This document shows, one piece after another, positions 1 through 10,442 of a stretch of 64,000 nucleotides of DNA. The DNA lies in the NCBI RefSeq assembly GCF_000189555.1, contig NC_017276.1. The stretch is one strand, 5' to 3'. Position 1 is the stretch's first letter. Every line of letters begins with the position of its first letter. The notes beneath the pieces were generated by a model. It searched no databases, was not told the origin of the DNA, and was given only the letters and a program-made list of their open reading frames with translations. Position numbers and translations under genes: made by a program. Source of the stretch: Saccharolobus islandicus REY15A (lineage in GTDB: Archaea > Thermoproteota > Thermoprotei_A > Sulfolobales > Sulfolobaceae).

Positions 1-346
1 TAATTGGCAATTTTTTAGCATTATAACCATAACTTCTCAGATCCAGTAAAGCTTTGACTTCAGTAATTGCTAGTGTAATTGATGCAATAATTTGAAAATA
101 ATATATCGGAATTGCCAAAAAGATTAGAGAGGCTATATGTAATGCTAGGTAATTTTTGGCAGGAAAGAATAGTCTCTGTATCATACCAAAGTACAACGCG
201 TAAGCTCCCAACATCATGAAATAGGGATGATATGACCAATTGAGGGGAAGTGATAACGAACCCAAAGCCCAATATGCTATTGCCAAGAATATAAAAGGAA
301 TGTTAACTCCCCATGGTTCAATCTCCTTAATTTCACTCTTCTTCAT
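1..346 (-). CDS. Hydrophobic membrane protein, N-terminal part; runs off the window start and is absent from the ORF track
   Basis: Manual translation from ATG at 346: MKKSEIKEIEPWGVNIPFIFLAIAYWALGSLSLPLNWSYHPYFMMLGAYALYFGMIQRLFFP... stays open to base 1 with several TM-like segments. It explains the spurious 60..272 ORF in another frame. Confidence 0.7.
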   Translation of the reverse strand, partial: MKKSEIKEIEPWGVNIPFIFLAIAYWALGSLSLPLNWSYHPYFMMLGAYALYFGMIQRLFFPAKNYLALHIASLIFLAIPIYYFQIIASITLAITEVKALLDLRSYGYNAKKLPI

Positions 347-391
347 ATAGCTAAAATCGAGAACTGAATTAAAAAACCTAAAGCTTATAGA

Positions 392-604
392 TTAGGTTTC
401 AACGAGACTCTTATAACTATTAAGCAAATACCTAGCCAAGTATAGGGCGTCAGTATCTAAATAACCAGCTAGTCTGACCAAGGTTATGTCTGGATTTTGT
501 CTGATTATTTCAATTATTTTTCTTAACTTATAAGGTAAGATATCTTCATCATTTGTTGTTAAAGCCCATTCCTTAAACCTTGTCCAAAATTTTGAATAGT
601 TCAC
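392..604 (-). CDS. Small hypothetical protein, possible helix-turn-helix
   Basis: 70 aa, GTG start; IIEIIRQNPDITLVRLAGYL resembles a wHTH segment. Confidence 0.55.
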   Translation of the reverse strand: MNYSKFWTRFKEWALTTNDEDILPYKLRKIIEIIRQNPDITLVRLAGYLDTDALYLARYLLNSYKSLVET

Positions 605-684
605 AACATGTTAGTTTATTAGGATACTTTTTAAGCAAAAGTGCCTAATGACATCTTTTTATGCTTTTTTGCAAAAATGTTAAT

Positions 685-1596
685 ATGAAAATCTTAACAT
701 TTGGCGGTACCGGATTCGTAGGTAGCAATTTCGTAAGATACGCATTGAGTAAGGGGCATGATGTACTAGTTTACGCTAGGAATATGAACGATTACGCAAA
801 AGCCTTACAAAACGCTGGTGCAAATATAATTTTCTCTTATGACGATCATTTGAAAGACGTTGATTGTTTAGTCTATTTTATAGGCGCGATGTGGACTAAA
901 GATCCTAAAGAATTTCAATACTTACAAGTTAAATTTCCTACTGAAATAGGAAGGAAGTTCTTTCAAGTTAATTCAGGTAAGTTCGTATATATAAGCAGTA
1001 TAGGAGTGTCTGAAAATATCGACAGTAAAGAAAGACCTATCCTTGAGGAGAGTCCCCATGGAGAAGGTTTAAAGCCAAATACACTTCATGGAATTACGAA
1101 GCTTGAAGGGGAAAAGAGTATATCGCAATTCCCCAATTATGTAATACTTCGGTTTCCAATAATCTACGGTCCATATAGTAGAATCCTTATGTGGAGGATT
1201 TTCATGTGGTTGACTTCTCATGGTATTGGCATAAAAAATGATAATATGTTTAGCGTAGTCTCAACTAGAAATGCGTCTAAGGCAATAGAATTAGCTTGTA
1301 AATATAAGAGTAACGATTATTTTTACATAACCGATAAGGAACCCGTTAACTTAACAAGTCTTTTCTCCGATACAGCAAAAGCCATAAATAGAGAAATAAA
1401 GTCTTGGTTCCCATTTAGCGTAAAACTCATAGAGCCTTTCAAGTCTTCACATGAGATGTTAAAAATGGCCTATGACGTTCTTTCTAGGGAGTTAGTGTAT
1501 TCCTATAAGAAGGCCGAAAGGGAATTGGGTTACATTCCAGAGGACGTAAGGGTTGAGACGTTTAAGGAAATGGCAAGATACTATAAGATTATATGA
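685..1596 (+). CDS. NAD-dependent epimerase/dehydratase (extended SDR) family protein
   Basis: Rossmann motif TFGGTGFVGS, ISS motif, HGITK (YxxxK-like, His instead of Tyr), LRFPIIYGP. ATG 685 is a more likely start than 661. Confidence 0.85.
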   Translation: MKILTFGGTGFVGSNFVRYALSKGHDVLVYARNMNDYAKALQNAGANIIFSYDDHLKDVDCLVYFIGAMWTKDPKEFQYLQVKFPTEIGRKFFQVNSGKFVYISSIGVSENIDSKERPILEESPHGEGLKPNTLHGITKLEGEKSISQFPNYVILRFPIIYGPYSRILMWRIFMWLTSHGIGIKNDNMFSVVSTRNASKAIELACKYKSNDYFYITDKEPVNLTSLFSDTAKAINREIKSWFPFSVKLIEPFKSSHEMLKMAYDVLSRELVYSYKKAERELGYIPEDVRVETFKEMARYYKII

Positions 1597-1620
1597 ACGT
1601 TTAGGATTAACCTTTTTACT

Positions 1621-2007
1621 ATGCAAGTTATTAAAATTCTTATGATAATGTGCACTGTTGTAGATGATTCAAATAGATTGGACTTATTCTCCAGAGGGAA
1701 ATTCGTAGTATTATTTGACAGTAAAAATAGGGAGATTCTATTTAAAGAGGAGAATCCAGCCCTAAACTCCTCAACGAAAAGGCCATTAGTTGCTAAGGAG
1801 TGTGTAAGGTTAAGAGCCGAAATGGTAATTGCTGCGCATGGTTCTCTTTGCTATCCATCCTATTCAATTTTAAGGAAAGCTAATATCAAAATGTTGGTAG
1901 GAAATATTGGAGATAGCATATACACAGAAAACCTTCGCGCAGTAAGTAAGTGGGAAGTTACCTACTCTAGCTTCCTAGCAATTAAGGAAAGATTATTCGG
2001 ACATTAG
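1621..2007 (+). CDS. NifB/NifX (dinitrogenase FeMo-cofactor) family-like small protein
   Basis: About 120 aa; F(S)RGKFVV..D, EENPA and a conserved Cys pattern resemble the NifX/DUF134 fold (recognised from memory). Confidence 0.5.
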   Translation: MQVIKILMIMCTVVDDSNRLDLFSRGKFVVLFDSKNREILFKEENPALNSSTKRPLVAKECVRLRAEMVIAAHGSLCYPSYSILRKANIKMLVGNIGDSIYTENLRAVSKWEVTYSSFLAIKERLFGH

Positions 2008-2955
2008 TGCCTTTTCAAGAAGGCTTAGGGATATATCATATCTATAGGTTGTGTGAAGATGGCCATCATTAAACTCCTCGTAATAGTGATTTATTCCATA
2101 TTTTTGCAACTTCTTGTGTAAAGTCCTACTTCCATACTGTATGTTGAACTCATCCTTTTTGCCCACATCTATAAATATAAACTTAAGCATTTTCAAATTA
2201 TCAGCATATTTATCAACCATCCTGACCGGGTCTTTGTCTAGCCATTTTCTCCAAACCTCCTCCAGTATTTCACCAGTCTCCAAATCGAATGGTAACTCGA
2301 TTTTTTCGTCCTTAGGAGAATAAAATGCTGCCATACCAATTACGTTCAATGTATTCAAATCTTCCCTATGTTGTTTATTCTCCTTCTTCCAATAATTTTC
2401 TAACCATTCCTCGGGAGTCTTAAATCTCCTTAACTGCTCAATCGCTTTGGGAAATGTAGGTAAGTAGACGTATTCGAAATAGGAATCGCCCGCGTGGTCA
2501 GCTATGGCTTTGATGACATTAGAATATTTCATTCCCAATACCAGTGCACCGTATCCTCCAGACGAGTGCCCAAATATTCCTATCTTATCGCTCTTGAACT
2601 TGTCCTTTAAGAAAGGTATTAATTCCTTTATGAGAAAGTCCTCATACATTCCCACCGCTGAAGAATTTATATACTGATTTCCACCAACCTTAGTGAACAT
2701 ATCTGGAAGGACTATTACTGAACCTTTCATTTTCCCCTCATTAATCAATCTCTCAACCTTTCTCTTCATATCCTCTCCCAATGGATTGTAATTGATTTGG
2801 GTTAGAGAAGAAGAGAGGTAGCCACTAAGGTAGATCAATATTGGTCTTCCCTCATATTCTTCAGGGTAAATTATTCCCACTCTTCTCCTATTTGGGTCTT
2901 TCAAGGGATTATCTCTCAAGACATTACTTTCAAATTCAATAATAGTTAAGTTCAC
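1993..2955 (-). CDS. Putative esterase (alpha/beta hydrolase, enterochelin-esterase-like)
   Basis: GHSSGG nucleophile elbow, DVGKKDEF acid motif, C-terminal DGH catalytic His. Confidence 0.85.
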   Translation of the reverse strand: MNLTIIEFESNVLRDNPLKDPNRRRVGIIYPEEYEGRPILIYLSGYLSSSLTQINYNPLGEDMKRKVERLINEGKMKGSVIVLPDMFTKVGGNQYINSSAVGMYEDFLIKELIPFLKDKFKSDKIGIFGHSSGGYGALVLGMKYSNVIKAIADHAGDSYFEYVYLPTFPKAIEQLRRFKTPEEWLENYWKKENKQHREDLNTLNVIGMAAFYSPKDEKIELPFDLETGEILEEVWRKWLDKDPVRMVDKYADNLKMLKFIFIDVGKKDEFNIQYGSRTLHKKLQKYGINHYYEEFNDGHLHTTYRYDISLSLLEKALMSE

Positions 2956-3007
2956 GTATTCCTTTTCCTTCCCTAAGCTTTAAATCTTCCTTTATCCATT
3001 ATATCAT

Positions 3008-4108
3008 ATGAAGCTTACAGTAAAGGAAGTTAAGGAGCTTTTTAAGCCAAAATTATTACCAATAATTTGGAAAGATGAAAGTAATACCCTGACAATCTTG
3101 GATCAATCCTTATTGCCTTTTCAAAAGGTTTACGTGGATTTAAAGGATGTTGAAAACACAGCGTTAGCCATAAAGAATATGCAAGTTAGAGGTGCTCCAG
3201 CCATAGGAATCACTGCCGGATACGGAATGATACTAGCGTTGATCAACAACAAGAATGTAAAGACATTAGATGACGCTATTAGGGAATTAACTAGGGCTAA
3301 GACCATATTAGATTCAGCTAGACCTACAGCTGTTAATTTAGTTTGGGCGACCTCAAGAATGTTAACTTTAGCTAAAAATACAGTGGAAAGTGGTAACGCC
3401 AAGGCTGTAAATGAACTAATAGAACTAATGAAAGTTGAGGCTAAGAAGATTTTCGATGAGGAGTATGATGCTGAAATACAAATGGGGCTTTACGGTTTAG
3501 AGAAATTAAACGATGGTGACACAGTACTAACGCAGTGCAATGCTGGTGGTTTGGCTACTGGTACTGGGTTAGGAACTGCATTGGCTCCAGTGAAATTAGC
3601 TAAGGCCTTAGGGATGAGCGTTTCAGTAATTGCTCCAGAGACAAGGCCTTGGTTGCAAGGAAGTAGGTTAACCGTTTACGAATTAATGGAGGAAGGAATA
3701 AAGGTCACGTTAATAACAGATACTGCAGTTGGTTTAGTAATGTATCGAGATATGGTGAATAACGTAATGGTTGGTGCTGACAGGATATTGAGAGATGGGC
3801 ACGTCTTCAATAAAATAGGGACATTTAAGGAAGCGGTTATAGCCCATGAATTGGGTATACCATTTTACGCACTGGCACCAACTTCCAGTTTCGACTTAAA
3901 GAGTAACGTTAACGACATTAAGATTGAGGAGAGGGATCCCAATGAAGTAAGGACAATTAGAGGGATACCAATAGCTCCAGAGGACGTAAATGTATATAAT
4001 CCAGTATTTGATGTTACTCCGCCTAAATATATTACTGGTATTATAACTGAAAAGGGAATAATATATCCTCCATTCCATGAGAATATTAGAAAAATCGTTG
4101 AAAGGTAA
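3008..4108 (+). CDS. mtnA: S-methyl-5-thioribose-1-phosphate isomerase (eIF-2B alpha/beta/delta family)
   Basis: [51 protein letters not shown] motifs. Confidence 0.92.
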   Translation: MKLTVKEVKELFKPKLLPIIWKDESNTLTILDQSLLPFQKVYVDLKDVENTALAIKNMQVRGAPAIGITAGYGMILALINNKNVKTLDDAIRELTRAKTILDSARPTAVNLVWATSRMLTLAKNTVESGNAKAVNELIELMKVEAKKIFDEEYDAEIQMGLYGLEKLNDGDTVLTQCNAGGLATGTGLGTALAPVKLAKALGMSVSVIAPETRPWLQGSRLTVYELMEEGIKVTLITDTAVGLVMYRDMVNNVMVGADRILRDGHVFNKIGTFKEAVIAHELGIPFYALAPTSSFDLKSNVNDIKIEERDPNEVRTIRGIPIAPEDVNVYNPVFDVTPPKYITGIITEKGIIYPPFHENIRKIVER

Positions 4109-4150
4109 CTTAGGAAAAGTAATTTAAATATCAAGTCAGAATTAACCTTA

Positions 4151-5116
4151 ATGAGAGTTTTAACAAAGATTATCTTGATAGTTTTCGTATTTGAGGTAGT
4201 GTTATTCTTAATAGCCTCAAGCATACCTCAGAATAATCCCTCATTAGTATCAGCGTTTAACAGTACGGAAAATCAAGTATTAAACCAATCTTATTTCGGT
4301 AAGGTATTAATGATCTTTGGTAACAACGTGAGGGTCGCGTTCTTGGATTTCATACCTGCTGTTGGAATGATCATATTGGCTGTAAGTATATACTCAACTG
4401 GGGCAGTTTTAAGTGCGTTTTCATCTAGTCTCAATGTTCCTGGAATTTTGTCAGCCTTAGGCTTAATGACATTACCACACTCATGGCTTGAACTACCCTC
4501 TTATGCCGTAGCTGCATCCAGTGGGTTATACATTGTAATTAGACCAAGGGAGTGGGTGAGAGGTCTACTAACCCTCATAATTGTCCCAATAGAGTTATTC
4601 TTAGCTGCGTTGGTTGAATCAAGTGAGTTTTACGTAAGCAATCCGTATATATTATGGCTTTATTCAATACCAGCCTTTGTATTCTTGTACTTCCTTTATG
4701 AATTCTTACAAAAAAGAGCTGACAAATACATTAAAGTAAAGACACCAGTAACTCAACAACAGAATGTAATTCAAATTCAACAACCAACATACGCCGATTA
4801 TATAACTAGATACAACCAGAGTTGGAACACTGCAAGCTATTACGAAACTCAAGGTAACTTAGCTGAGGCTATGAGATATTATTGGGAGGCTATTTTCTAC
4901 TTAATTACGGCAGTTGGGAACAAATTGGGAATGCCTACGTTGACAAAGGAGGATCAAGATAATGTGATAAAATCAGTTGCGTACAAGGTTGGAAACCCTC
5001 AACTATACGATATCTATAACGAAGCATTCAAAATTAGGATTGAAAATAGGCTAAGTGATTTCCAAATATTTAAGGAGTATTTATATCAGTTAGCAAGGTA
5101 TTTGAATTCTATCTAA
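4151..5116 (+). CDS. SpoIIM-domain membrane protein with a soluble helical C-terminal domain
   Basis: IFGNNVRVA and LPHSWLELPSY SpoIIM-type motifs, TM helices, Q-rich linker and a helical tail. Confidence 0.7.
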   Translation: MRVLTKIILIVFVFEVVLFLIASSIPQNNPSLVSAFNSTENQVLNQSYFGKVLMIFGNNVRVAFLDFIPAVGMIILAVSIYSTGAVLSAFSSSLNVPGILSALGLMTLPHSWLELPSYAVAASSGLYIVIRPREWVRGLLTLIIVPIELFLAALVESSEFYVSNPYILWLYSIPAFVFLYFLYEFLQKRADKYIKVKTPVTQQQNVIQIQQPTYADYITRYNQSWNTASYYETQGNLAEAMRYYWEAIFYLITAVGNKLGMPTLTKEDQDNVIKSVAYKVGNPQLYDIYNEAFKIRIENRLSDFQIFKEYLYQLARYLNSI

Positions 5117-5520
5117 CTAATAATTTTTTCACTTATCACCTCTATTCCCAACTTTAAGGCTAGATCATAGTATTTTTTAGGGATAGCAAACACTATCAAG
5201 AAACTTCTCACTTTTTTAGAAAATTTATTTTTTAGGATTTTTTCTCTAATTAACAACTGCTCTATAGTGGAGTAGTCTGCGTAGTTTTTGGCTAAAAATA
5301 AGTAAATCTCATCTCCCTCCTCATAATACATGATTGGTAACGAGAATCCTATTCTTAAAATGCCCTCATCGTCTATCAAAAACTCCCTCTTTATTTTAGC
5401 TAATTTAACTCCCTTGCTCTCCAATTGCGGTTTAAACATATTAACTATTAAATATTCAATCTCTTCCTCCTTTCTTGAAATATCAGTGAGGAATTTTAGT
5501 ACTTGATCTTCTAAGCTCAT
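5113..5520 (-). CDS. Hypothetical protein, degenerate PD-(D/E)XK/DUF3782-like
   Basis: 135 aa. Begins MSLEDQV and ends ALKLGIEVIS, like the 36329..37087 protein. Confidence 0.55.
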   Translation of the reverse strand: MSLEDQVLKFLTDISRKEEEIEYLIVNMFKPQLESKGVKLAKIKREFLIDDEGILRIGFSLPIMYYEEGDEIYLFLAKNYADYSTIEQLLIREKILKNKFSKKVRSFLIVFAIPKKYYDLALKLGIEVISEKIIS

Positions 5521-5642
5521 ACTATAATATCATACTCCCCCTTATTAAAAATAATTTCTCAAAATACAATTGCACACAGCTGCACATAACAGTACATAAA
5601 AATACATATAGTCTTTTTAAGTAAAAATTAAAATATTATCTT

Positions 5643-5924
5643 ATGAAAACCCTTTTAGTACCGCTAACAACTTTTATGATGCTTGACGTTATAACTACAG
5701 CACTGGGATTATTTAAGGGACTTATGGAAAGCAATCCAATAATTAACGCGTTATATTCATCACTACCATTTCCGATTTTCGTTGTGGTATTCCTTCTAAT
5801 AAAGGTTGGCGTGTTAGGTTTAATATACGTTCTTTATAAATATACTAAACTCGATTTAGTGCTCATTCTTGGGATAGGTATTTCTCTGATAGTCTTCATT
5901 AACAACGTCTTTCTCATCTCTTAA
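5643..5924 (+). CDS. Small membrane protein (DUF5658-like)
   Basis: LDVITT..GL...ESNPII motif with three hydrophobic segments. Confidence 0.6.
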   Translation: MKTLLVPLTTFMMLDVITTALGLFKGLMESNPIINALYSSLPFPIFVVVFLLIKVGVLGLIYVLYKYTKLDLVLILGIGISLIVFINNVFLIS

Positions 5925-6458
5925 TAAATTATTTACGTATTTCAGCAGTAAATAGACCGCAATTAGGTTCATCATTAAGAACATGATTATACCTACATAC
6001 TCTAACCCTTGGGGAGCATATACAGTAGTATAGAGTGATGGACTTATCATTAATATTAAGGAAAGTATACTATCTCCTATCATCCATAGGGCTAAAAGAA
6101 GAACCTTAAAGTTTCTGCTAAGTTCCTTTAGAGGAGAACCTATCATTAAACCTCCAATTACTAAAGAAACCTCCTCAATTAGTCGTACGGATAAGATCTC
6201 AGCTCCTAAGTTAAAAAAATATGGATAATGCCATAGGAAAGCAATTGAAGCACCAACTATTACAGCTATACTTTTGTCCACGATTTTCCTTCTTATGATA
6301 TAATATGAAAGAAGAATACCAGCCCCAAAAAGTGAATAATGAGCTAACATATAGGGTATTGGGTTAATGAACATATACTCCTCTGTAAATGGATTAACAG
6401 AAACCGCGATAAGAAAGATACAGAAAATAAGAACTGCTATAAAAAAATAATTATTCAC
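5856..6458 (-). CDS. DUF1404 family membrane protein (CtaG-like), directly downstream of soxM
   Basis: MLAHYSL, FLWHYP and WMIGDSILS motifs; GTG at 6458 preceded by AAGGTGA; 11 nt after the soxM stop. Confidence 0.7.
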   Translation of the reverse strand: MNNYFFIAVLIFCIFLIAVSVNPFTEEYMFINPIPYMLAHYSLFGAGILLSYYIIRRKIVDKSIAVIVGASIAFLWHYPYFFNLGAEILSVRLIEEVSLVIGGLMIGSPLKELSRNFKVLLLALWMIGDSILSLILMISPSLYTTVYAPQGLEYVGIIMFLMMNLIAVYLLLKYVNNLLRDEKDVVNEDYQRNTYPKNEH

Positions 6459-6469
6459 TTTTTCACCTT

Positions 6470-8842
6470 TTATACGAAAAGATGAAGGTAGAATGTACTG
6501 AATACTACGACCCATATGGCATCTACAAAGTGCCAATAGTACGTTGCCGCAACCGATCCCCCATATGGTGTTACTCCCTTATAAGCCCTTAATAGTACAA
6601 ATGCCCACACCACCAATCCCATGATTACGTGGAATCCATGTAAACTTACTGTACTAAAGAAGAACGCTGTAAACGCTGATTGTTGTGGGGTAAAGTGTAT
6701 TACGTGCGTAAACTCGTAAACTTGTCCCATTAAGAACGTGAATCCCATTACCGCAGTTAGTATCCCTAGAGCCTTAAACATCTTCATATTTCCTTTCTTA
6801 AACTCTTCATATGCTAAATGTGCTGGTATGGAACTTGAAAGCAGTATAACTGTCATTATTACTGGCAACGGGAAGTACTCAACTCTTAATGGCGGTACAT
6901 TTGCATACGCTATAGGATTAGTGATTGGGCTTGCTACAAACATGTATCCTCCTATAAAAGATCCGAACAAACATATCTCAGCTAATATGAACCATAATAC
7001 TGCAGACCTCGCATCCCTCATTACAATAGTTCCTAATGAAGGCGTTAAAGCCATACCATTATTCACGCTACCAGCTGAGACTGGTGAACCACCGTCTAGT
7101 TGCATAGGCGGAGGTATTTGTTTGAACCATTGATCATATGCCCAATATAATCCAGTTCCTATGAAAGCCAGTAATAATATAATCCCAATTGGTATTAAAT
7201 TAATAAACATGAACATGAAACCTAAAGGTATAAACGACATTACAATTCCAAGTATGCTGTAATATGGGAAGCTTACTCCGTGATATTCTTCATAATGAGC
7301 GCCATCCAATGACTTACCAAAACTTAATGGTAATTTTACTGGTTTGATGTAGAAATCTGGTAAGCCTATCTGTATGGCGTTCCATGGATCTATTGTTTCC
7401 ACTACCTTACCCTTTATCCATGAGTATAACAAATCACCAAATGTCATTATTAATCCTATCCCCATTAATACTCCTCCAACATCAGTCATTTGCTGAAATG
7501 GTATGTAAATTACTGAGGGGACTGCGGCATATCTTCTAGGCATTCCTAGAACTCCATCAATAATCATACCAGTGGCTATTAGAAATGCACCAGCTACTAT
7601 CATTATAGTTCCACTTTTCACTAGATCTTCGTGATACCACTTACCAGTAAAGTATGGGAAATAGTAAATCAAACCAGCTAGTAGTGCAAATAGTATTGCG
7701 AACACCATATAATGGAAGTGTCCAACCACTAAATAGGTACCATTAAAAGCATAGTCTAGAGGTACTAATGGGAAGAACACTCCGGTTATTCCTCCAACCA
7801 AGAATATGGCTATAAACGATATCACTAAAATTGCAGGTGCCTTGTATCTTATCTCTCCACCATATAAAGTCGCAGTCCAGTTGAATACCTTTACTCCAGA
7901 AGGCACTGCAATTGCCATTGTTGTTGCAGATGACACTATTTGTGCTACTGTATTATCAATAGCTGTGAACATGTGGTGCATCCATACTCCTAGTACGCTT
8001 AGAAATGCTATGGCCATTGACGATAGTGCCAATGCTTTGTAACCGTAAATTTGCCTACCGACCATTCTAGGCAAGATCTCACCAACTAGCCCCATTGCAG
8101 GTAATATTAATATGTACACCTCGGGATGTCCAAAGAACCAGAACAAGTTTTGCCATAATACTGGACTTCCACCTAAAGCCTGATCAAAGAACGGTAAGTT
8201 CCACAATCTTTCCAGATAGGCGAAAACTAGTCCTGCAGTTAATGGAGGCATTGCGACCACTAGTAATATCGCAGTGGCAAAGAATGACCACGTAAATAAT
8301 GACATCTTAAAATACGGTATTTTCTTCAGTTTTATAATAGTCATAAGGAAATTAACTCCTGTTAGTGTTGATGAAATACCTGATAATATAAGGGCAATCT
8401 CGACTAACGTTACACCTAACCCATAATTCACTGATGTCTCGATGGAGAGAGGCGCATACATATACCAACCTGTATTTATGGGGCCGAACCATGGGGCTAT
8501 TAGTCCTAAGAAAACTGCTGGAACTAAAATCCAAAAGGATAACGCATTAATTCTAGGCCAGTACAAATCATGGGCTCCTATCATTCTGGGAATAAGATAA
8601 TTTGCGAAACCCACTGAAATAGGCATTACCATGAAGAATATCATGAAGATACCGTGTAATGACACAGCGTTATAATAATCTACGGCACTTAAGCTTTGAT
8701 AAGTTAGCTGGTATCTTATTAAGGCTGCGTTTACTGCACCTGCTAATAGTGCAATTATACCCAGTGTTATATACATTTGTCCAATATCACTTGCACTTGT
8801 CGTGTATAATGCTACTTTTAAAACTCTTTTTATGTTCATCAT
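6470..8842 (-). CDS. soxM: Heme-copper oxidase subunit I+III fusion
   Basis: Subunit I motifs [30 protein letters not shown]; fused subunit III motifs LHGFHV and YWHFVD. Confidence 0.95.
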   Translation of the reverse strand: MMNIKRVLKVALYTTSASDIGQMYITLGIIALLAGAVNAALIRYQLTYQSLSAVDYYNAVSLHGIFMIFFMVMPISVGFANYLIPRMIGAHDLYWPRINALSFWILVPAVFLGLIAPWFGPINTGWYMYAPLSIETSVNYGLGVTLVEIALILSGISSTLTGVNFLMTIIKLKKIPYFKMSLFTWSFFATAILLVVAMPPLTAGLVFAYLERLWNLPFFDQALGGSPVLWQNLFWFFGHPEVYILILPAMGLVGEILPRMVGRQIYGYKALALSSMAIAFLSVLGVWMHHMFTAIDNTVAQIVSSATTMAIAVPSGVKVFNWTATLYGGEIRYKAPAILVISFIAIFLVGGITGVFFPLVPLDYAFNGTYLVVGHFHYMVFAILFALLAGLIYYFPYFTGKWYHEDLVKSGTIMIVAGAFLIATGMIIDGVLGMPRRYAAVPSVIYIPFQQMTDVGGVLMGIGLIMTFGDLLYSWIKGKVVETIDPWNAIQIGLPDFYIKPVKLPLSFGKSLDGAHYEEYHGVSFPYYSILGIVMSFIPLGFMFMFINLIPIGIILLLAFIGTGLYWAYDQWFKQIPPPMQLDGGSPVSAGSVNNGMALTPSLGTIVMRDARSAVLWFILAEICLFGSFIGGYMFVASPITNPIAYANVPPLRVEYFPLPVIMTVILLSSSIPAHLAYEEFKKGNMKMFKALGILTAVMGFTFLMGQVYEFTHVIHFTPQQSAFTAFFFSTVSLHGFHVIMGLVVWAFVLLRAYKGVTPYGGSVAATYYWHFVDAIWVVVFSTFYLHLFV

Positions 8843-8951
8843 AATAAGTGTTAAAATTTTATTTTTTAAATCTTTCTATTAAAAGCCAACTAACCTAATC
8901 AATTTAGAGTTACTTAGATTATTAAATAAAAAACACATGTATCTTATCTAC

Positions 8952-9545
8952 TTAACTTGTTGTAGCATAAGGAGTAGTCACATTTGATGAAACAATTACC
9001 ACTGACCACATTCCACTTTGTGCGTGTCCTAAGATGCCACATACTAACATGTAAGTTCCAGCGTTTAATGGTCCCCATAATCCACTATCTAGTTGACCGC
9101 TTGAAATTCCGCTGGTTTGATAATTGCTGGTGCTAGCACCTACTACATATAATATTTTTCCAAACTGCCCAACATCTGGATTACTAGGAGTTGCGGTAGT
9201 GTTTTGTAAAAGGATTAAGTTATGGGGCAAGGATTGTTCATTTACGAATTTCACGTAAACTGACCATCCTGCAGGGATATAAATTTTCAGTTGTCCATTG
9301 CTAGTACCATTAAAATTAAAAGTTGGTCCACTCGTTAAAACGGCAATTGTTAAAAATACTGTTTTATTTGCAGAATTATTATTCAATGGAATTTGGATTG
9401 AGGTTGAAGTGGAAGTACTTGTAGCTGTGGGAGTAGGTGCTGAGAGTACTTGGTATTCATAGTAAGCGTATACTGAAACTCCTACTGCTATTATTGCGAC
9501 TAGGATTCCAACGATTACGGGCAGAATAGAGGACTGTGCTTTCAT
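8952..9545 (-). CDS. soxE: Sulfocyanin (blue copper protein)
   Basis: N-terminal TM anchor, S/T linker, FNFNG, PHN, C-terminal CGILGHAQSGM copper ligands. Confidence 0.92.
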   Translation of the reverse strand: MKAQSSILPVIVGILVAIIAVGVSVYAYYEYQVLSAPTPTATSTSTSTSIQIPLNNNSANKTVFLTIAVLTSGPTFNFNGTSNGQLKIYIPAGWSVYVKFVNEQSLPHNLILLQNTTATPSNPDVGQFGKILYVVGASTSNYQTSGISSGQLDSGLWGPLNAGTYMLVCGILGHAQSGMWSVVIVSSNVTTPYATTS

Positions 9546-9685
9546 ATGCTAAATTCTTGTAACTAAGATTTATAAATTTATTACCTTATGTAGAGTATCA
9601 TAATCATATTCTATATTAAAGAATGTAAACATAAGTTAATAATGTTATATGATAAAACTTAAATATCTTATCAAGGTATATTAGA

Positions 9686-10441
9686 ATGATGAACAGAAGG
9701 ACATTCTTAAGACTGTATTTAATAGTAGGAGCTGCAGTTGCAATAGCCCCTTTAATAAAGCCATTAGCGGATTACGTAGCATATTTCTACAATGAATTAG
9801 GTATCATGTCAAAGCAATACTTAGTAGTAAATAATACTGATGGATTAGCTGGATTTCCAAAATATAAGATAGCTAATATTAAAGATATACAGCAACAGTT
9901 AAGTTCTGGCTGTCCAGTCTACTTCTTCGCTTATCCATTAACCAATGAACCTTGTTTCCTAGTTGACTTGCAAGTGCTTTTAGGTCAACCTGTTCCAGAA
10001 ATACCAAATCCATACTATGGACAATATGCGGGTCCACTAGGACAAATGAAGACCATAAGTGGTGTAGGTCCAAATAACTCCATTTACGCGTTCTCTGATG
10101 TTTGTGTACATCTGGGTTGCCAACTCCCTGCACAAGTTTTAGTAACTTCTGAAAATAATCCAGGTTTAGATACTCAAAATTCAGTCCTCCATTGTCCATG
10201 CCATGGTTCCTTGTACTTGCTAGCCAAGGGTGGTGTAGTTATTGGGGGACCAGCTCCAAGACCTCTCCCTATAATACTATTAGAATATGATCAGAGTTCT
10301 GGTGACATATACGCAGTAGGCACTAATGCTCCCTATTTCAGTGCATCAATACCCAGAACTACCCCATCTGATAACTTGCTTTACGATCCTAGATATGACT
10401 ATAGCGTACCTTCTAATCCGTCTTGCAGCAAGGGTGGTTAG
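9686..10441 (+). CDS. soxF: Rieske [2Fe-2S] protein of the SoxM supercomplex
   Basis: Tat-like NRRTFL leader; CVHLGC and CPCHGS Rieske boxes; GPAPRPL. Confidence 0.93.
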   Translation: MMNRRTFLRLYLIVGAAVAIAPLIKPLADYVAYFYNELGIMSKQYLVVNNTDGLAGFPKYKIANIKDIQQQLSSGCPVYFFAYPLTNEPCFLVDLQVLLGQPVPEIPNPYYGQYAGPLGQMKTISGVGPNNSIYAFSDVCVHLGCQLPAQVLVTSENNPGLDTQNSVLHCPCHGSLYLLAKGGVVIGGPAPRPLPIILLEYDQSSGDIYAVGTNAPYFSASIPRTTPSDNLLYDPRYDYSVPSNPSCSKGG

Positions 10442-10442
10442 T

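Noticed and set aside
60-272. 70-aa ORF in the track
   Set aside because: Out-of-frame overlap with the longer membrane-protein ORF starting at 346.
1621-2007. Nitrogen fixation
   Set aside because: NifX-like proteins are widespread in non-diazotrophic archaea; no nif genes in the window.
5570-5615. Short TGCACA/TACA repeats in an intergenic region
   Set aside because: Too short, not palindromic like the sulfur motif, and compatible with chance in AT-rich DNA.
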